Source of the DNA: Ginglymostoma cirratum
Taxonomy: Eukaryota
Direction: 5' to 3'
NCBI GenBank assembly: GCA_024137785.1
Contig: JAHRHZ010000119.1
Span: 3,618,171-3,682,170 of the forward strand
DNA length: 64,000 nucleotides
In this document: in pieces, positions 57,452-64,000 of the stretch
Layout of the letters: the number at the start of each line of letters is the position of its first letter
How positions within the stretch are numbered: position 1 is the first letter of the stretch
Notes under the pieces: model-generated
Databases searched by the model: none
What the model saw: the letters and a program-made list of their open reading frames with translations, nothing else
Told to the model about the DNA's origin: nothing
Made by a program: the position numbers and the translations under genes

Positions 57452-60400
57452 TAGACCATAAGACCATAAGACACAGGAGCAGAAATTAGGCCATTCGGCC
57501 CATGGAGTCTGCTCTGCCATTCAATTGTGGCTGATAAGTTCCTCAACCCCTTTCTCCCGCTTTCTCCCCATAACCCTTGATCCCTTGATAATCAAGAACC
57601 TATCTATCTCTGTCTTAAATGTACTCAATGACCTGGCCTCCACAGCCTTCTGTGGCATTGAATTCCAAAGATTCACGACTGAGTGGCTGAAGAAGTTTTT
57701 CCTTACCTCCATTCTAAAAGGTCTTCCCTTTACTCGAAGGCTGTGCCCTTGAGTCCTATTCTCTCCTACCAATGGAAGCATCTTCCCAACATTCACTTTG
57801 TCCAGGCCATTCAGTAAGTTTCAGTTAGATCCCCCCTCATCCTTCTGAACTCCATTGAGTATAGACCCAGAGTCCTGAAACGTTCCTCATATGTTAAGCT
57901 TCTCATTCCTGGGACCATTCTTGTGAATCTCCTCTGAACCTGCTCCAGGGCTAGGACATCCTTCCTGAGATACGGGGCCCAAAACTGCACACAATTCTTC
58001 AAATATTGCCTGACCAGAGCCTTATAAAGCCTCAGTAGTAAGTTTCTGTTTTTATATTCAAGTCCTCTCAAAATAAATGCCAACATTGCATTTTCCTTCC
58101 TGACTACTGACTCATCCTGCAAGTTTACCTTGAGAGAATCGTGGACTAGAACTCCCAAGTCACTCTGCACTTCAGACTTTTGAATTTTCTCCCCATTAAG
58201 AAAATAGTCCATGCTTTTATTCTTCTTGCCAAAGTGCATGGCCTCACGCTTTCCCACGTTGTATTCCATCTGCCACTTCTTTACCCGCTCTCCTAACCTG
58301 TCCAAATCCTTCTGCAGCCTCCCTATCTCCTCAATACTACCTGTCCCTCCACCTGTCTTTGTATCGTCTGCAAACTTAGCCAGAATGCCCATAGTTACTT
58401 CATCTAGATCATTGAGGGGGGATTTTATAGAAACATATAAAATTATGAAGGGAATAGATAAGATAGAAGTAGAGAGGATCTTTCCACTGGCAGGTGAAGC
58501 TAGGACAAGAGGGCATAGCCTCAAGATTAGAGGGAACAGATTTAGGACTGAATTGAGAAGGAACTTCTTCAGCCAGAGGGTTGTTAATCGATGGAATTCC
58601 TTGCCCAGTGAAGTAGTTGACGCTACTTCAGTAAACGTTTTTAAAGCTAAGGTAGATTTTTTTTTTTTTTTTTTTTTTTTTGAACAATAAAGGAATTAAG
58701 GGATACGGTGAGAGCGCGGGTAAGTGGATCCGAGTCCACAAAAAGATCAGCCATGATCTTATTGAATGGCGGAGCAGGCTCGAAGGGCCGGAAGGCCGAC
58801 TCCTGCTCCTACTGCTTATGTTCTTATTAATGTATAAAGTGAAAAGTTGTGGTCCCAACACTGATCCTTGTGGAACACCACTTGTCACCGGCTGCCATCC
58901 TGAGAAAGACCCTTTTATCCCCACTCTCTGCTTTCTGCCAGGCAGCCAATCTTCTAGCCATGTGAGCATCTTGCCTCTAACATCGTGGGCCCTTATCTTA
59001 CTCAGCAACCTCCTGTGTGGCACCTTGCTAAAGGCCTTTTGGAAATTCGGGTAGATAACATTGGCTGTCCTTGATCTACCCTGCTCATTGCTAGAATTCT
59101 TTGAGGAAGTAGATTTGTCAGGCATGACCTCCCTTGATGAGACGATGCTGACTTTGCCCTATTTTACCATACACTTTCAAATATTCGGAAATCTCATTCT
59201 TCACAATGGACTCCAAAATCTTCCCCACGACTGATGTTAGGCTAATTGGCCTGTATTTTTCTGTTTTTTGCCTTACTCCCTTTTTAAACAGGGGTGTCAC
59301 GTTAGCAATTATCCAGTCTTCTGGGACCCTCCCTGACTCGAGCGATTCCTGAAAGATCACCACTAACACTTCCACTATCTCTTCAGCTATCTCCTTTAGA
59401 ACTCTGGGGTGTAGTCCATCTGGTCCGGGTGATTTATCCACCTTCAGGCCAATCAGTTTTTCTAGAACCTTCTCCTTGGTGATGGCCACCATACTTAGCT
59501 CTGCCCCCTGCCTCTCTTGAATTTTTGGGATAATACTCGTGTCTTCCACTGTGAAGACTGACACAAAGTAATTTTTCATTTCCTCAGACATTTCCTTGTT
59601 CCCCATTACTATCTCTCCAGCATCATTTTCCAGTGGTCCAATGTCCACTTTTGCCTTGCTTTTGCCCTTTTAGATATCTAAAGAAACACTTGCAGTCTTC
59701 ATTTATATTACTGGCTAGCTTACCCTCATATTTAATCTTTTTCCCCCCTTATTTCTTTTTTGTTGCCCTCTGTTGGTCTTTGGGAAGCTTCCCAATCTTC
59801 TGGTTTCCCATTGCCCTTCGCCACATTCTATGCTTTCTCTTTTGCTTTTATGCTACCCTTGACTTCCTCAGTCAGCCACGGTTGCTTCATCCTCCCTGTA
59901 CCATGCTGCTTTTTCCTGGGGATGAATTTTTGCTGTGTCTCCTGAATTACTCCCAGCAAATCCTGCCACTGCTATTCCACTGTCTTCCCTGCTAGGATCC
60001 TCTTCCAGTCAATCCTGCCCAGCTCCTTCCTCATACCTCTGTAGTCGCCTTTATTCAGCTGTAATACCGTTATGTCACATTCTATCTTCTCCCTCTCAAA
60101 TTGCAGAGTAAATTCTATCATATTATGGTCACTGCCTCCTAAAAGTTCCTTCACGTTAAGCCCCCTTATCAAATCTGCCTCATTGCGCAATGTTAAATCC
60201 AGGATTGCCTGTTCCCTTGTGGGGTCCACCACGCGCTGCTCCAAAAAGCCTCTTGTAGACATTCCACATGCTCCTTTTCTTGCAATCCACTACCAACATG
60301 ATTTTCCCAGTCCACCTGCATATTGAAATCCCCCATGATCACTGTGACTTCGCCTTTCTTACACAACTTTTCTATCTGCTGGTGTGACTTGTGCCCCAGC

Positions 60401-61580
60401 TCCTGACTACTGTTTGGAGGCCTGTACGCAACTCCAACTATGGTGTTTTCACCTTTTGCGGTTCCTCAATTCTACCCGCGCAGACTTTACACCATCTGAC
60501 CCTACTTTGTTTCTTCCTATTGATTTAATTTCATTTCTTACTAATGAGGCAACCCCACCCCCTCGGCCCACCTGCCTACCTTTTCGATGGGATGTATATC
60601 CTTGTATATTCGGTGCCCAATCCTGATCCCCTTGCAGCCACGTCGCCGTGATGCCCACCATGTCATACCTGCCAATTTTGATCTGCGCCACAAGCTCGTT
60701 TACCTTATTCTTTATACTGCGTGCATTCAGAGATAACGCCTTCAGTCCTGTATTAACCGTCCCTCTTCTCATTGTCATTTGTTTATCCAGTGTGCTTGAA
60801 GTTTGATTGCTAGCCCTTTACAAACACTCTGTCTTATTTGTGTCTGTGCTGGAGACTCTAATAACATCTCCTGAGTTCTCCTTTCCTGTCATTTCTTTCA
60901 TATTTTTCCACATCGTTGAATCCACCACTACTAACCTGCTGCTTTGTTTCCCACTGGGGCAAGTTTCACCATTTCTCTCCCCTCTTACCCCCCCCACTTT
61001 CTAGTTTAAAGTTCTGTTAACCAGCCTATTTACCCTTTTCGCTAGAACATTGGTCCCAGCTCGATTCAGGTGGAGATCGTCCCAACGGTACAGATCCCTC
61101 CTGTTCCAATACTGATGCCAATGCCCCATGAAAAGGAACCCCTCTTTCCCGCACCACTCTATTAGCCACGTGTTTACTTCCATTGTTCTCATGTCCTAAT
61201 GCCAATTAGCACGTGGCTCGGGCAGTAATCCGGAGACTAGAACCCTTGAGGACCTGTCCTTTAATTTGGTTCCTAGCTCCTGATAATCTCTGAACAGGTC
61301 CTCTTTCATAGTCTTGCCTATGTTTTTTGTTCCGGCGTGGACCACAACAACTGGATCCTCCCTGTCCCGCTCCAATATCTTTTCAAGCCGGTCAGAGATA
61401 TCCCTTAGCCTGGCACTGGGCAGACAACACACCATGCGAGACTCTCGATCCTGCTTACAAAGGACACTATCTATCCCCCTAATTATAGAATTCCCTTCAA
61501 CTACCACTTGTCTTTTTGCTCCCCACCTCTTGAATAGTCTCCCATACCACAGTGCAGTGGTCAGTTGGCTCATCCTCCCT
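57452..61580 (-). mobile_element. Near-full-length CR1 LINE (ORF1 SGNH/GDSL esterase domain; ORF2 APE endonuclease and reverse transcriptase), inactivated by frameshifts and a nested insertion
   Basis: ORF1: VVVEGNSIIRG...VCCLPSAR...VVVVHAGTKNIG...DDLHLNRAG. EN: LSLNARSIKNK...GGSDHNMIEF. RT: [50 protein letters not shown]. The 3' tandem tail (cttatggt)n is at 57452-57471. Confidence 0.95.
58411..58825 (+). mobile_element. CR1 3' fragment inserted antisense inside the RT domain of the long CR1; contains a T homopolymer at about 58656-58681
   Basis: RGDFIETYKIMKGIDK...TRGHSLKI...FFSQRVVNRWNSLP; tail cttatgttctt. Splits the host reading LYIN|DLDE with only 'att' shared at the junctions. Confidence 0.9.
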
Positions 61581-62299
61581 ATTCGGGTACAAAAAACGCA
61601 GTCTGCAGTATTTGTACCAATGAGATGAAATTATTTTTCAAAGCTGGCCAACTTTTCACCTCAGGTGAAATAAGGCTGAATTAATTTTTAATGGAGATTT
61701 TTTTGCCTTCAAGCCTTCTGAATTCCTTCCAATTGTAATCAAGAACCTCCAGCAGTCACTATTGTTAAATTTCTTCTCTCTTCAGTGACACTGTTGAATT
61801 GAAGACTAGTTGTGACTGGTTCTTTTCAATGCTGTGGAGTCTTTATTGCCTTCTGTTTTCCTTTTCTCCTGAAGCCCACAGAATTTTAAAATTTGTTGTC
61901 ATCTGACAATTGCATCTTTTTATTTACATTTGTCAACTTTTCTGTTGACCTGTGGCCTTGGCCCTTCACTTTTTAACCAGATTTTCTGAAAGGAGATAAC
62001 TTTTAGTTTTCCTGCTGCATCCAGTTGCTGACTGACTTAAAAACACCACAGACTTTCCAGCAGTCTGTGAACTGAAAGTGTAAATTGGTGTGTGATTTTG
62101 ACGCACACAGTCCAGAGAAAATATAAACGTGAAGTGGACATAACTTTGTCAGGTAATATTTATTGTTCTTGTTTTGGCACTCCATTACACCAAATATATT
62201 TGAGTCAAAAGCTAAGGCTCAATAAAATACTAGAGATGGAAAGAGCTACAACAGATATAACAGATTTAAAAAAAAGATGCAGATTGTATTTATTGGAAC

Positions 62300-62692
62300 A
62301 GAAGATGCTAAGGAGAAACCTAATTTTGCATAACCTTATAGAAATTTAAAATCATGAGGCATAGATAGGGTGAACAGCCAAGTTCTTTTTCGCAGGGTTT
62401 GGGAGGCCAAAACTAAAGGGCACAAGTTTAAGCTGAGAGGGGAAAGATTTCAAAGGGACCAGAGGGGCAACATTTTCATGCAGTGGGTGGTGTGTGTATG
62501 GAACGAGCTGCCAGAGTAGTGGAAGTAGGTACAATTACGATATTTAAAAGACATCCGGATGGGTGTATGAATAGGGAGGGTTTCGAGGGATGTGGGCCAA
62601 ATGCTGCCAAATGGGACTAGATTAATTTAGGATATCTGATTGGCATGGACTGAAGGGTTTGTTTGCATGCTGTGTAACTTTACGACTGTATA
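62300..62692 (+). mobile_element. CR1/HER1-type 3' fragment
   Basis: Colinear with 51480-51818 (aaaatcatgaggcatagataggg...tggaacgagctgccagag...gggactagatt). Confidence 0.85.
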
Positions 62693-63639
62693 ATGGGTTT
62701 CAAGTAAGTTTGAAAGATAACTGATGAAATATAATTTCCATTGGTTGGTTGAATCAGTAACAAGCAGACATGTAATTGTTTTGATGAAGAGAGTTATTAA
62801 GAATCTAACCAAAAGCGGCTAATGGTCTCTTTGAGCGCTTGAAAATCATTAAATATCCAAGGATGTAGTTTGAATAACTTAGGGACTAAAGTATAGCAAA
62901 TTAGATCTGTGCGTTGGGGTTTTGAGCTGAATGGTCTTTTTTTCATGCTACAATCCCTGTTGTTCATTCCACTAACCAAATTTGAATTGTAATCTTATCC
63001 AGTGTACAGATTTCTATATAAACAAATGAATAGGTTATGTGGCTACTACTTCTTCAGGCAGGTGTGTTCGCCTCGTTCCTGTTTAATAGTACAAATTATT
63101 GTATCCTGTGTAAAGCATTATCATTCACAAATTGGATCTTATTTTAACTACATCGCATTAGCCTAGAAAGTATCTCTTTCTAAATTCTGGTTGATTAGCG
63201 CTTTGATAAAAACACCTACCCTCATCACACTGTCTTTAGATTTTATAACATGCATGGTGAAAAACAGAATCAATTTCTTCATTTTGTAGATCAATGTTAA
63301 AAATACAGCAGAAAGCTTCAGATTTGCTTCATTGTATCATGCTTACCTCATGTAAAAGTTTTCTGGTGTAAAATGCACTTGTTATTGCCTTGGGAGTTTA
63401 AGCTGTCAAGGTGCACTAAATAATTAAATTTTAAAATTTGCATCAAATTTGGAGTGTTGTTTATCAATCTTATGCAGAGGGCACAGCTGTAAACCTCAAA
63501 CATAACACATACATTACCCAGGATGAATGGAATATGTTATGAAATACAATCAATATCAGTACCTAGAAATAGAAAGGTTGCTGATCCTGCACCCTCCCCA
63601 CTTTCAACACTATTCAGAAAATTTCTACTTTTCTACTCT

Positions 63640-63790
63640 TGCAACTGAAGTGAATAACCTTGCTTTGCCATGTCACACTGCATTTGTAAGTTTATTGTCC
63701 ACCCTGTCTCTATTGCCTTGCAGCGATGCTGTGTTCTCTTCTCGGCTCATATTTCCATCTAGCTTTGTATCAACAGCAAATCTAGGATCC
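63640..63790 (-). mobile_element. CR1 RT fragment
   Basis: RFAVDTKLDGNMSREENTASLQGNRDR (FADDTK motif). Confidence 0.7.
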
Positions 63791-64000
63791 ATGAAGTGTG
63801 ACAAGCTTGTCTCAGACAGGTGGAATATTGTTGTCTGCTGAGAGTGACACAGTAGAAATGTGCCAAATGATTTGAATTTCACTGTCTTCCTGCTCCACTT
63901 TGGGGAGTGGGAAGAAATAGCAATTCTTCCTTCTGAGCGTGAAGCTTCACAAATTCGACACTGGCATCCCAGCAACTTTTTACATTTTATTATACCAGCT

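Noticed and set aside
61580-64000. Expected next SFI1 exon (xxARKFLYLW...FGRV)
   Set aside because: Not found by eye; probably beyond the window.

Overview
This is vertebrate genomic DNA, most likely from a shark or other elasmobranch, judged from HE1-type SINEs and CR1/HER1, L2, RTE and Penelope-like repeats. It contains a divergent gene pair. On the minus strand are the 5' ten coding exons of EIF4ENIF1 (4E-T; about 565 codons; CpG-island promoter at about 39.7-40.55 kb), which continues beyond the left edge. On the plus strand are the first two coding exons of SFI1, with its own CpG-rich promoter carrying ETS, RFX X-box-like and YY1 motifs at about 53.7-53.95 kb; it continues beyond the right edge. 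The rest is dense with retroelements, including a near-full-length CR1 LINE (57.45-61.58 kb). The most unusual structure is a dispersed family of short, non-coding, often palindromic elements. They carry back-to-back minimal hammerhead-ribozyme motifs, have 12-15 bp target-site duplications, and share their 3' end with GIY-YIG-coding Penelope fragments in the same window. Other notable items are a 135-bp near-perfect hairpin in EIF4ENIF1 intron 7, several candidate poison or micro-exons, and a uORF-laden SFI1 leader. All calls were made by eye and from recalled homologies; no database search was run, and repeat boundaries are approximate.
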